From Cyanophora paradoxa CCMP329 (Eukaryota; Plantae; Glaucophyta), in the NCBI GenBank assembly GCA_004431415.1, contig QPMI01000478.1:141541-205540 (forward strand): a DNA stretch of 64,000 nucleotides. Direction: 5' to 3'. Of this stretch, positions 39,101-49,625 are shown piece after piece; the first letter of the stretch is position 1; each line of letters opens with the position of its first letter. The notes under the pieces were generated by a model that saw only the letters and a list, made by a program, of their open reading frames with translations, was not told where the DNA came from and ran no database searches. Position numbers and translations under genes: made by a program.

Positions 39101-41443
39101 ATTTGGAGATGCGCCGGGGAGTCAGCGCTAGCGGATCCGACCTGCCAATATCGTCGTGTTTGTAACCGATGCGCGCAGCTCAGCCGATCCATAGGAAAGT
39201 GTCGCAGTGCACGTAAAGTTGACGCCAAGTCCGATGGGGTGTGATGGGAATTGCAACACATCGCTGAACGAGGTCGATCCGGCAGCCAGTTTTGTTGAAT
39301 TGATAATCAACGAGTTCGTTTGCGCCTGGCTAGCGGATGTGCAAGCGATTGTGAGCAGTGAGTAGGAAGGAGTGTCATTTCGTCCGGCGGTCAGCTCCCA
39401 CGACACGTTCGCGAGAAGTTGAGTGAAAGGGGCCGGTGAAGTACTCAGGGAGAGCTGAAGAGATCCCGGCCGGACGCGCTTCTCCCAGGATGAGTGCAGA
39501 AGACCTGCGCGAAAGGGGTACGGAATGCAATCGTTGTCCACGAGGCATCCCTTCGCATTGGATTGGGGCGGTGTTCGCGCACTGTGTCGTATGAAATGGA
39601 AGTACCCTGGCCAAGCTTCGAATCCAGCTGCAGCACCACCTTTCTGCCGTATGCCATTAGCTGAATACCTGTTGCACCGACGCTGTCAGGCGCCCTGAAG
39701 TACGGGAAAGATGGTGTATATATTACGGAGCTAACATGTAACAATTGCCGTCAGTCATGTCTTCGAGGCTTGCGTAGGCCGCATTTTGGACAGCGAAAAG
39801 GTCCCCGACGACCCACGGCTCCCCAAGAAGCTCGACTCCGCTTGTCACTGCAAATTTGAAGAGCCTTTCGGAAACATGCATATTTGGAAGCAGGATGGAT
39901 ATGTATATATATGCGTGACGCACCATTGACGAGGAAAGGGCCCGAATTCTCACCGACCTGAATCAAGTACGATCCGCAACCCACCAGAACTATGCCGAAG
40001 CGTGCGGTCGGCACGACGACATCAATTGAAGTTAGGAAGGTCCATGCAAAAGTCGTGGCGCGCAGGTCGACGTAGCTGACGCAAAGCTCCGAATGTAAGG
40101 CGCAGTAAAGACATAATCCCAAATTAGCCAAGCTTGGCTTACAAGATACCGGTTCGAGTTTGATCACCAAGCAAACCCGTATTGCCTCCGGAGACATACC
40201 AGCGCTTGCCTGATCATGAGGAGAGTAGAAACTTTTACTGGCGCGATTAAGACGATGTACTCAAAGTTTGCGCGCACCCAGGCGAGCGCATCCCGCCGAA
40301 TAACGGGGCGACATTTTCCAAGTCGTGCTGTCAAGGTTGTTTGAGATCCTGTAGCTCCAAGTACTGGTCGCGATATTATATTGGAGCACGTCGTTCGCTA
40401 AAACTGTATCGGCAGAATTTCCTCGTGGTCTTTGCCCAGTAGTAACCTGCAGACGCGATTCTGAGCTCGAGGCTGAGCTCGAAGCGCTAATTATAAACTA
40501 ATATATATAAGATGAATTCGCACATATACAAAGCCATCGAAAACCGTCATGCCTGCCGGAAATAGAACCGAGTGTCATGACCATTTGATCTGCCGTGCAG
40601 GTGCAGCCAGTGCACGCACAATGGTACCCTCGCTGAACCGGCATAGACATCAGTTGTTCAATCGGCCCGGATAAGCTCGTCGAGATTCGCCAGAAGCCGT
40701 TAGAGTATCCGGTTGGATTTGACGAGCTCACCGACACGTATCCCCCCGAAATGTAGATATAGCTGTCTTCGTCCCATGCCGCCGCGCCTTTTTTGCGCCA
40801 CGTCAGTTCACGAGCAACTCCCACATGTACAGATGCAATGTTAACAGAGATCCGAACCGCCTGCAAACGCATACAAAGTCTTATCGCTGTAGCCTCTCCA
40901 AGTATTCTTGTTTACTGCACGCGCATGCAAACACGCAATTGCAAATTTCAGGTACTGCGCATGCAGTACGCTAGAAACGCAGCGCTGCAATAGTCACCGA
41001 AATCCAGCTCCCATATATCGTTGCAGTATTCGCTGTTCGTTCCCATCGAACGGCCGCCGACGAAAGCGAATTTCGGACCAGTCGAAGTTCTATACATGAC
41101 GCCGGCGGCTTGTTCGCGGCCTCGATTGTAAACGTTGTTGGCGCAGGACCCGATGGGGATTTGAGTATTTCCCGCCTCCCTAATCACCACATCTGCCAAG
41201 CAAGGCAATGTTAGCAATTGCCAGAAGTTGCCACCTCGTCCGTGGTGGCGCACCCGACATCGTGGCAGAATTCTGTGCGGCGACCGTGCTCAACATTCCC
41301 TTGAATCCAGGAAACGTGTTCGCCCAATCGGTTGTAAATCGAACCCGCAGATTGGAGCCAGTGGTCGTGACAACTGGAGGCGTCGTCGGACTGCCGTGCA
41401 GAACCCTTTGCCGAGAAGCTCCATTGCTATTGCCGTCGAACAG
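21136..41443 (-). CDS. 3' portion of a giant multi-exon, membrane-anchored surface protein: partial CUB domain, kelch-like propeller blocks, ~21 x ~110-aa module A, ~5 x Cys-rich module B, C-terminal TM and short tail
   Basis: Exon from 41443 reads LFDGNSNGASRQRVLHGSPTTPPVVTTTGSNLRVRFTTDWANTFPGFKGML (C-terminal half of a CUB domain). Kelch-like GG..W repeats (FAFVGGRSMGTNSEYCNDIWELD; YIYISGGY...GFWRIS). Recurring exon consensus GSLxFxVxxxSxTx(I/V)xxxxxxWx(L/V)SxxGxxDTPxYxxLx(V/I)xC...GLP...CTATLxY from 22.3 to 39.5 kb. Hydrophobic LFIITGGIAVALAVGVLVAGAL before the stop at 21136. Whether this is one intact gene is inferred, not shown. Confidence 0.75.
24630..28605 (-). repeat. Near-identical intragenic segmental duplications within the giant gene
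   Basis: ~24640-24980 matches 26473-26810 and 28261-28600; ~25020-25370 matches 26855-27200; ~26045-26460 matches 27849-28250, including the intron sequence. Confidence 0.9.
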
Positions 41444-41498
41444 CTGCCGAAAAACTTCGATTCAACTGCCAGCGCAAGATACAGGTCTTGAGCTTTAG

Positions 41499-41781
41499 AC
41501 ACATAGTAAAATGCGGAGTTTTAACCCTCGGCTTATCTTAATTGATTTTGTTGATATATCTCGTATATTCTATTTCAATCAATCGATAATCTGTGTATAT
41601 CTTATCGAATATTCAATTATTTCGATTATTTTGTATTCTTTTCGATATTTTATCGTAAATTTCTCTTATTTTCCGATTAGTCTTACTGAGTCAATCGATA
41701 ATCTGTATATATTTCCGAATAATATAACTGAATCTCAATTAGATCTTGCCTCTGGTTAAAACTCCGCATTTTACTATGTGT
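41499..41781. repeat. Perfect 28-bp inverted repeat enclosing 227 bp at the extreme left end of the element
   Basis: ACACATAGTAAAATGCGGAGTTTTAACC (41499-41526) and its exact reverse complement GGTTAAAACTCCGCATTTTACTATGTGT (41754-41781). Confidence 0.95.
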
Positions 41782-42023
41782 GATTGGTCTAAAAGGTAAT
41801 TGATTTAATCGATATTATATTCATGTACTTTCTCGATTAAATTTAATTAAATTTAATTCATTTAATCGGAAATATATCGCTAAACTCGATTAAGATCCAT
41901 AAATGATTCATTTGTTTATATTAACAAATCGATCTCTTATTGAATTCAATCGTAATTATACATGAAACTTATATGATTTTATCATTGTTTTGTTGAGTCT
42001 AAGGGGGGACCCTTAGGAATTTG

Positions 42024-43270
42024 GGTGTCACAGGTGTCACAGGTGTCACAGGTCAATCCCAAACTTTTGAGAGTTGATTTTTATATATGTGAAAACTTTG
42101 GGATAGACCTGTGACACCTGTGAACAACACCATTTATGGTAAGAGCCTCTTTTATAATGAAAAACTCAGTAACAATAAGTAAGAAGTTTATCTATGTAAT
42201 TCTACTTGAATAAACAAATGAAATAATCGAGTGTGACAGGTGTGACAGGTCCATCCCAAACTTTTGAGAGTTCATTTTTATGCTATAGAAAACTTTGGGA
42301 TAGACCTGTGACACCTGTGACACATACCATATTCAGTAAGGACCTCATATATTGTGAAAATCTCAGTGTTAGTTGGTGTTAAATCTTTCAGGCAGCATTT
42401 ATTTGTCAGGCATTAAATCTATCGATTTTCATAAAGTATTTTATTTTGGCTAAGTCATTGTTTGGATTAACAATGAAATTTCAATTTTATAAAAGTTTTC
42501 TAAAAAGGTGCCTGACAATGCCTGACATACTATATTACTGCCTGACAACTATATTATAGTGCCTGACAAACCATATATGGTAATACTATATGATATCTTC
42601 TACTATCTCAGTGTTAGTTGGTGTAGTTGATTCAAAAAAAAATGCATTTTATACTCTGATTCATTGTTATTTCCTGTGAAATTTGAGTCAACTCAACCCA
42701 CTTAGTCAACCCTTGCATTGAATTCGTAACAAAATCCATATACTATCGATTAATATGAGTCAACCTTGATTCCACTTTAATTATAGGGGGAATCTAGGGC
42801 AGATGCTTACTAAATGCAGTGTTAGATTGATGGTTTCACAGGTGTAATCACGATTATCTATAAAGTAGATTTAGGTGGATTATTCGAGATCATACAGTCA
42901 GAGATGGTATACAGACTTTCAGACCACAAAAGAGACATATTCAGCCCCACAAACCCGGGCAAATCTACGATCCAGTTCGCGAAAGTAGCATAGATGTGTA
43001 GAGGATGCAAAGAGGATTCCGGCGATGGTCGCGGTTTTTAAAACGGATGAGTTGGTGAAGAGTTACAGCAGTTTGTATGCTTTTCTTGGATTTCTTGGGT
43101 TCCAATTGTAATTGTATTTGTTCCCCCGGTTGTAATGTGCGACGGGGGTATCGACTTATTACAATTCTTACAATAGTTACATTACAATTCTTACAATTCT
43201 TACAATTCTTACAATTCTTACAATTCTTACATTACAATTCTTACAATGTTTACAATTCTTACATTACAAA
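42024..43270. repeat. Array of iteron-like inverted-repeat cassettes (putative replication origins) in the non-coding left arm
   Basis: GGTGTCACA/TGTGACACC cassettes (42024-42140 and 42231-42340); TGTCAGGCA/TGCCTGACA (42388-42581); GTTGATTC/GAGTCAAC (42626-42765); TTGTAA/TTACAATTC (43106-43270). The repeats are directly visible; the origin function is inferred. Confidence 0.8.
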
Positions 43271-43757
43271 TCTTGCATGACGTCACGACATATATACCGT
43301 ATATATACACGTGACGTCACGACATATATACACTATATATACCAAAACCTCCGTATTGCCGGTTGACCAAGAAAAAATGTTTGGAAAAAAATAATTAAAA
43401 AATATATATACATATACATATATATAATCAAAAAATCGGAAAAAATTCCCTCTTTTTTCTACCGTATAAACGCGCCCGTCACATCGACTCTCATAGTCGG
43501 AGCATTTATATATACCAGCGGATATATTCGTATATATCGCGTTCTCAGTGGGAAACCTATGTTTCACCAAGTCTACTATGGCAAGTGACTTTTGCATCTT
43601 CAAACTGTTATATCTCATCACCAGATCATCAAAACGCAACGTTCTGCATATCGCTGTGAAGCGCTTGAAAAGATCTACAAGACTATGTGTATAGCATATG
43701 CATATATGTATATCAGTCATACATATATTTTGAAAAAACGAGTTTTCGGCTAGCAAA

Positions 43758-45142
43758 CTAGCTAGTTTTGGTCCTTTCTCTTAGTGTTCTTTGAGGTTTA
43801 GGAGCTGTATATGACTCCTTAGTAGTCTGAAAGTCATTATACCATCTCTGGCTATTCACTTCTGAAAGTTTCTGTGTCCCTGCTATGGTGAGCTTTTTGA
43901 GTTCCCTGTTAACTTTCCCAGCCTTCTCCTTTCTAGCCTCTATCAAAGGCTTATCTGGGACTTCATTAGCAGCTTCTATGCCCTCTCTCCTTATAGCAGC
44001 ATCAACCCTAGCTTCCTCTTTAGCTTGCTCCAAGGCATCCACTGTAGGTGTTTCTAGATACTCAACTGCATTCACAGGCAACAGCTCATGGAAAGCAAAC
44101 CTGTTATCTATGATCTCTCCAGTGGGACTCCTTAGCTTAAATTTAAAGCCTTCCCTACTATCAACAGTGTAAACCATCCTAGACCAATTGTTACCCTGTT
44201 TAGCAAAGGGGTTCTTCTCAACTTTCACTCTAACAAACATGCCAGGCTGCATGGTATCAAGGTAAGCTATTGATTTCTTGAATCTTTCATCTTCTAATCC
44301 CACTATATACCTATAATGATCCTCTGTAGTTTCACCTGGCTTCATCTTAGTAGCTGAGTGGACTGTATTATTGTAATTATACTCAATATCACCTAACACA
44401 TCAAAGAATCTAGCTGTGTTATTAGCTATGCAGTAGTTTGTGATCAGTCTCTTAATCTGCTTGTTAAAGGCTTCAATTCGACCTTGGCTTCTGTGGTCAG
44501 CAGTTCCACTCACTTGGTGTTCTATGAATTTACTAGATAAATACTCCTGGAATATTCGATTTTGGAACTCACTTCCAGCATCTGATTGAACCTTTACTAT
44601 TGGTCTTGCCACTCTCATCTCAAGCTGTTTAAATGCAGCCAATGTAGTGAGAGCTGATTTATCTCTTATAGGTATAATATACCCAGTTCTCAGTGTTGAT
44701 TCCATTGCAGTCATAAATGTATCATAGCCATTGTTTTGTTTCTTATAAGCTGGGAAAAAGAGCAAATCAATCACATAGGTATCAAGGGGTTGCCTAATTG
44801 GGACCATGGGATCTCTCTTCCTAGATATAGCAGGTGCATTGATCTGAACAACTTCTTGTTTTTTATAGAACTCTTGCAACTGCTTATAGGATTCATCTGG
44901 TAACTCAGCCCTCATAGCTTGAAGCCCTTTATAACCAGTTCTCACATCATAGAATCTCTTGGCAATCTTGTTGGTTTCTTTCACTGCAATAGCAACTGGG
45001 ATCTCTACTGGGACAAGCTCTTTCATTTCAGACTTTTTGACAATTCGAGATTCCCCTTTTCCTCCTTTGGAACTGTGATAGGCAGTAGGTTACCTTGTAG
45101 TTGCTCAGTGGTTCTCCTAACTATTCTTCCAGTTGCTGGCAT
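43758..45142 (-). CDS. Retroviral-like (rve, DDE) integrase
   Basis: YVIDLL (D), VQSDAGSEF (D), QGRIEAFNKQIK (E), YNNTVHSATKMKP, and an SH3-like GMFVRV...NWSRMVYTV segment. The supplied ORF starts at 45026; an ATG at 45142, 3 bp after the PolB stop, joins it if one base is restored near 45050. Confidence 0.93.
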
Positions 45143-45145
45143 CTC

Positions 45146-48100
45146 TTAATTAAAAGGAACAGAATTAATACCATCTGGTAAGATGTATCTCTTTGCATCA
45201 AAGCAGTTTAGGGCAACCCTTCTACTCACAGTGTCTATTATTGTGTGATCTGCCCTTCTTTTCTGCTTTGCAGTCACAGTCTTGCTGATACCTGCAAATA
45301 AACACTGTTTAAAATCATTAAATTGGAGTTCCTCAGTTGAAGTCCCAGAGAGCTTACTCCTCTCAATCTCAGCTGTTCTGAAACTGTAAACTTTGGCTCT
45401 CAGACCCACATACTCCAGTATAGCAGAACCTGGCATCTCATTTTTGTATTTACCTGGGGTCATTCTTGAATCACCTCCAAGGTCCAAGGCATAAGATATA
45501 TTCTCTATATCTTTTTGTAAGGTCTTAGATTCGATATATAGACAGAAGGAATCAGTATCATGGAATAGTAACTTTGCTTTTGTCCATTGGGACCTTACAG
45601 TATCATAGAAGAACTGGTAATTATGCAGTTTGGCTGCATCCAAAACATAAGCCCCAATTGCAACAGGCTTATCTAGTTTCACATGCTTTGTGTAAAACTC
45701 AAAGGCAACTGCTTTTTCGTTTATGGGGCTTGTTGATTTCACCAATGGAGAGGCTGCATATTTCATAAATAGTTTCTCACTGTTTGCAATCTTAACCACA
45801 GATCTACCTCTACATGATTCAATGCATTTCCCATAGATTGAATTATTCATGAGCTTATAGAAATCAGCCTCAAATTTATTCACTGCTTTCCTTCTCATAT
45901 CAGTGTTCAGCTCAATGTAGGGTTTCATTACAGGAGCCACAGTAAATGATAGGACCCTGTGAACCTTCTTTAGTTTCATCCCTTTGTCCAACAGATACTG
46001 TAGAAGAGGCTCAGAAATCACATAGTTGGTCACAGAACCAAAGGTTGCAGTTAGCTTAGGGTCTTATCAAGCTCTTCTCCTGAGAGATCTAATAGGCTCT
46101 TTTGATATTGTGATAATTCGGCATATTCTACTATTTTCTTGTTAATAATTAGGGGAAATCACTGTGGTCTAGATATAGCCTAATTGGGTAATCCAGATCA
46201 ACTTCCAGGAAACTGGATCTGTTATCTTGTGGGTTGAATTCGGTCTCCCATCTAAAATCACCAACTGGAATTGGCTGACTCAAACAGTAGCCATACAAGT
46301 TGTTAGCATCAAACAGCATTATATGGGAGTTCTCACCATCAGCCTCAGCATACCTACAAGGCATTGTTGCAAAGCCACCCCTGATTCCCCTCTCAACAAA
46401 TTCGTATTGCTCTACATCACTTATAAGCTCTATTTTTGCCTTGGTGGTCCTAAGCATAGCATCCCAAGATAACCCAGGTGCAGATACATAATGAACTGGG
46501 TCCAATCCATATACTGAGTGTGAAAGCCTTCTGAAAGCCTGGAATTTGCTCATTAACTCATCTACATCAGCAGCCCCAAAGTCCATAAAATTACTTGCAT
46601 CAATGAACTTGTAAAGACCCCATTGCAATGAAAGGTATTGATCAAAGTTTTTCGAAAGGATTTCGATTCGCTTTTTATCACCCATGCCTGCTATTTTTCT
46701 GAAAATGAATGTCCCACAGTCATCCATTTGGTCAACAACCACTGCTACTTTTGTTTGCTTTGAGATTCTCCTATGAAGATTGCAGTTTCTGCATGCAGGA
46801 GCAATGTACTGACCTGTGTGGTGATCATGATCTCTGCATTTGAAGTTCTCCTTGGTGAACCTCTCACTGCAAAGGTAACAGTGTTTAGTAGCCCTGTAAA
46901 CAGCCTTTTGCTCATCTGTGAGTTCATTCATGGGAATATTGGTGAACAGGAAATCGATCAGCTCTCTAGCTTTGGACTCCAAGCATTCAAAGAGACCTCC
47001 CATTGGATCCTGCCCCTCAAATCGAAAATCTTGAACATCTGCCCCAGTGACTACTCTCAGGTTGACTGCTGAGACTTCCCTCTTGGATTTCGATGCATCA
47101 ATGGGGATGCTTCTATGTTCAATCTTGCAGTAGACCACAACAGGAAGCCAAACAGTTTTCCTAAGGTTTTTGAGTCCAAACTCTATTGTGGTTTCAGGTT
47201 TAGGGGTGACTCCCTTTGAGAGTCTCCAATCAATGCATCTGTTTGAGTCCACATGAGCAGTGAGTTTAGCCTCAGACCTGAATCGAGATAAGCATGTATC
47301 ACAGTAGTGTAACTTTTGATCCTTGGTTTTATCAAGGGCAACTCTTAGAAGTCTTGAGAGTGACATAATAGTAATATAGTGACCATTCCCTTCATCATCA
47401 TGAATGAGCATGAGATTAATCTTTTGCTTTCTGCCTGGGTTGCTGGATTGATGCAGCGGATATATAACATCTCCATCCATTCCAAAGATGTTTATGCTAA
47501 TGCCTGCATTTTGAGCTTCGAATTTATCAATGATTTCAGCATCACAAGGAACAGGGAATGGGATATTGTCGAAATTGAGAGCCAAAGGATTGTATGTGGA
47601 TGGTGAGTATTTCCATTTGCGATATTGTGTAAGCTCACTCCTCTTGTGGGAATTTACATCTTTCCTATGGATCCATGCCAAAATGGCATTTTCAAAGCAA
47701 GAATCATCAATATTTCGAATATTCACTGTGGCTCTCTTGGCTGCAATTGATTCTGGTGTTTTAACATAGCAGCCACCAGTTGGGGCATAACTCATAATAG
47801 CAACTCTTAGCATTTCGATTCTCTCCAATCGATAGCTATCAACAACATTCATCTGTTCCTGACACATTTGGGCTGCTTTATTCAGCTCAGTTCGAATATT
47901 TCTCGATTTGGTTAATACAAAATAATCGCTGTAAATGTATTTCGATATCCAAACCTGTGGATTGCTGACTTTTACGAACTTGCAGATAAACGACAAGCGA
48001 ACTTTGATTGCCCTGAATTGATCCAGACTATCCCTTAAACGTTTTGGTAGAGAGGTTGCAATTCTATCTAAATATTCAATCACATCTACAACAACTTCCC

Positions 48101-48389
48101 TTCTGGCTCTGTATGTGAGCCAACGATATAATTCATTCATAGCTGTTCCATCTTCTGCCTCTGGTTCTATTTGCCTCAGGCGATCGAGTTCATCAAGAGT
48201 TTCAACTTTATCATAGAGGGTATTGGCTTTTCTGGTTAATTTTGCTAAAGTGGGTCTGCCCCTTGAAATAAATCCGATTTCCCGGTCATATTCAGCCTCT
48301 GTGATTTCATGGGCTGCATACAGTGTTCCCAGTAATCCCATGAGTTCCCATTTCTTTTCTCTAATAAGTCTGTTGCTAATTCGGGGCAT
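45146..48389 (-). CDS. polB: Protein-primed family B DNA polymerase (Polinton type), split by two single-base homopolymer frameshifts
   Basis: C2H2-like CDTC..H..C, endonuclease-VII-like CYLC..RDHDHHTG..ACRNCN, YGLDPVHYVSAPGLSWDAML, GIRGG, motif A LFDANNLYG, motif B KLMNNSIYGK, motif C FHDTDS, GLRAKVYS. Adding one G at 46152-46155 and one at 46059-46061 gives a continuous DFPLIINKK...DKTPKLTATFGSVTNYV. Confidence 0.95.
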
Positions 48390-48456
48390 TGTTCCTAACT
48401 TGTTCCTATTAAAAGCGGAGGTTTTAAATGGGGAATTCTGAACACAAAATTTGATG

Positions 48457-48498
48457 AAAACTACTTAAAGAAATATCTTCTATATATATAAAAGGAAA
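48457..48498 (+). promoter_or_regulatory. Conserved upstream motif AAAACTACTTAAAGAAA-n-TCTATATATA, copy 1 (also ~49321-49350 and 49781-49820; weaker at ~52350-52372)
   Basis: Near-identical AT-rich motif immediately 5' of three consecutive + strand ATGs (48499, 49371, 49838). Confidence 0.75.
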
Positions 48499-49314
48499 AT
48501 GGCAGAGAAGAAATCGTATTGCCTGGAAAAGCTCAAAGCGGCTTTAATGTTGCTTTGTGGATCTGATAACTTCAATGATTATGTTGCTCTTGGAAGTAAC
48601 AGGAAACCGCTCCCTCTTTGGGCAAAGCTTGCAAAATATGGATTAAGTGACTATGACCTGCCTCCAGAGTCTGAGCATTGCGCCTGTGATCATCCAATTA
48701 AAGAGCAATGCTATATTCTGCATGTTAATAAAAAGATTGTGGTCATTGTTGGGAATTGCTGCATTTTACGATTTATTCCGAAGGGTGCCAGAGGTCAAGA
48801 TATATGTGAAAGATGTGGAGATCGGCATAAAAACCGAAAGGATAATTTCTGTAATAAGTGCAGAATCGCTTTAAAGCAAGAAGAACTGGAAAGAAAAAGA
48901 GAACTTGAAAAACAAGAGGAAGCTCGAAAGAGGCAGCTTGAATTAGAAGAAAGAGAGCGAAGACAGAGAGAATTAGAACAAGAAAGAGCAAGGAATAAAC
49001 ATGCAGTTAATCTTTTCCTGATTTGGTGCAACCAATTTATTCCGAAAATGGATAATCTTCGCAGAGATGATATAGAGAGGTTCAGAGAGGGCAGATCTGC
49101 ATTGATTGAAATGTATGCAGAACTCAGTACAACAAATACATTGGTTGCTGGGTTTCAGGTGCCTTATCTTAAAAAAGATATCGCAAAAGGATTAGATTGC
49201 AGATGGAATAAGGACAAGAAAACATGGGAGACCTTGGAAATTGAACCATTTGTAGCATTGCTAGGTAAGCATTTCAAACTTATGTATATTGAGCGATTTG
49301 GACAAAGAGGTTAG
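48499..49314 (+). CDS. Cys-rich zinc-binding protein with coiled coil and C-terminal DUF5710-like domain
   Basis: 271-aa ORF: CACDHPIKEQC...VGNCCI, CERC..FCNKC, an E/R/K coiled coil, and VPYLKKDIAKGLDCRWNKDKKTW (DUF5710-like pattern). Confidence 0.75.
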   Translation: MAEKKSYCLEKLKAALMLLCGSDNFNDYVALGSNRKPLPLWAKLAKYGLSDYDLPPESEHCACDHPIKEQCYILHVNKKIVVIVGNCCILRFIPKGARGQDICERCGDRHKNRKDNFCNKCRIALKQEELERKRELEKQEEARKRQLELEERERRQRELEQERARNKHAVNLFLIWCNQFIPKMDNLRRDDIERFREGRSALIEMYAELSTTNTLVAGFQVPYLKKDIAKGLDCRWNKDKKTWETLEIEPFVALLGKHFKLMYIERFGQRG

Positions 49315-49370
49315 AGAACAAAAAATGATTTAAAGAATTCTCTATATATATTAAGAGAGACAAAGGAAAA

Positions 49371-49625
49371 ATGCCACTCAGTGAAGCCCAGAAGAGAGCT
49401 ATGAAGAGATATCAGCAAACTGAAAAAGGTAAGGCTCAAATAAAAAAGTTTAACGAAAAAATAGCCACACAGCTAAGAGATCTATATAACAATGATGATA
49501 CTTATAGAGCCATGAAAATAGCCAGTTCATGTCAGCGAAAGTATGCAGCCAATGCAGTCTGCTTTGTAAAATATTTATATGATGTCCCTTACTCAAATCG
49601 AGGGAGAAAATTGAAACATGTCTAA
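49371..49625 (+). CDS. Small basic putative DNA-binding protein
   Basis: 84 aa beginning MPLSEAQKRAMKRYQQTEKGK; preceded by the conserved promoter motif. Confidence 0.7.
   Translation: MPLSEAQKRAMKRYQQTEKGKAQIKKFNEKIATQLRDLYNNDDTYRAMKIASSCQRKYAANAVCFVKYLYDVPYSNRGRKLKHV

Noticed and set aside
1-41496. Naming the host species (the style is reminiscent of GC-rich, short-intron algae such as glaucophytes)
   Set aside because: There is no marker gene in the window, so the host cannot be established from this sequence.
42024-43270. CRISPR array
   Set aside because: The repeats are 8-10-bp iterons in inverted arrangement, not constant 25-45-bp repeats with unique equal-length spacers. No cas genes are present.
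43077-43756. ORFs 43077-43280 (+) and 43283-43756 (-)
   Set aside because: They derive from TTACAATTC and TA-rich repeats in the non-coding arm and have no protein-like features.
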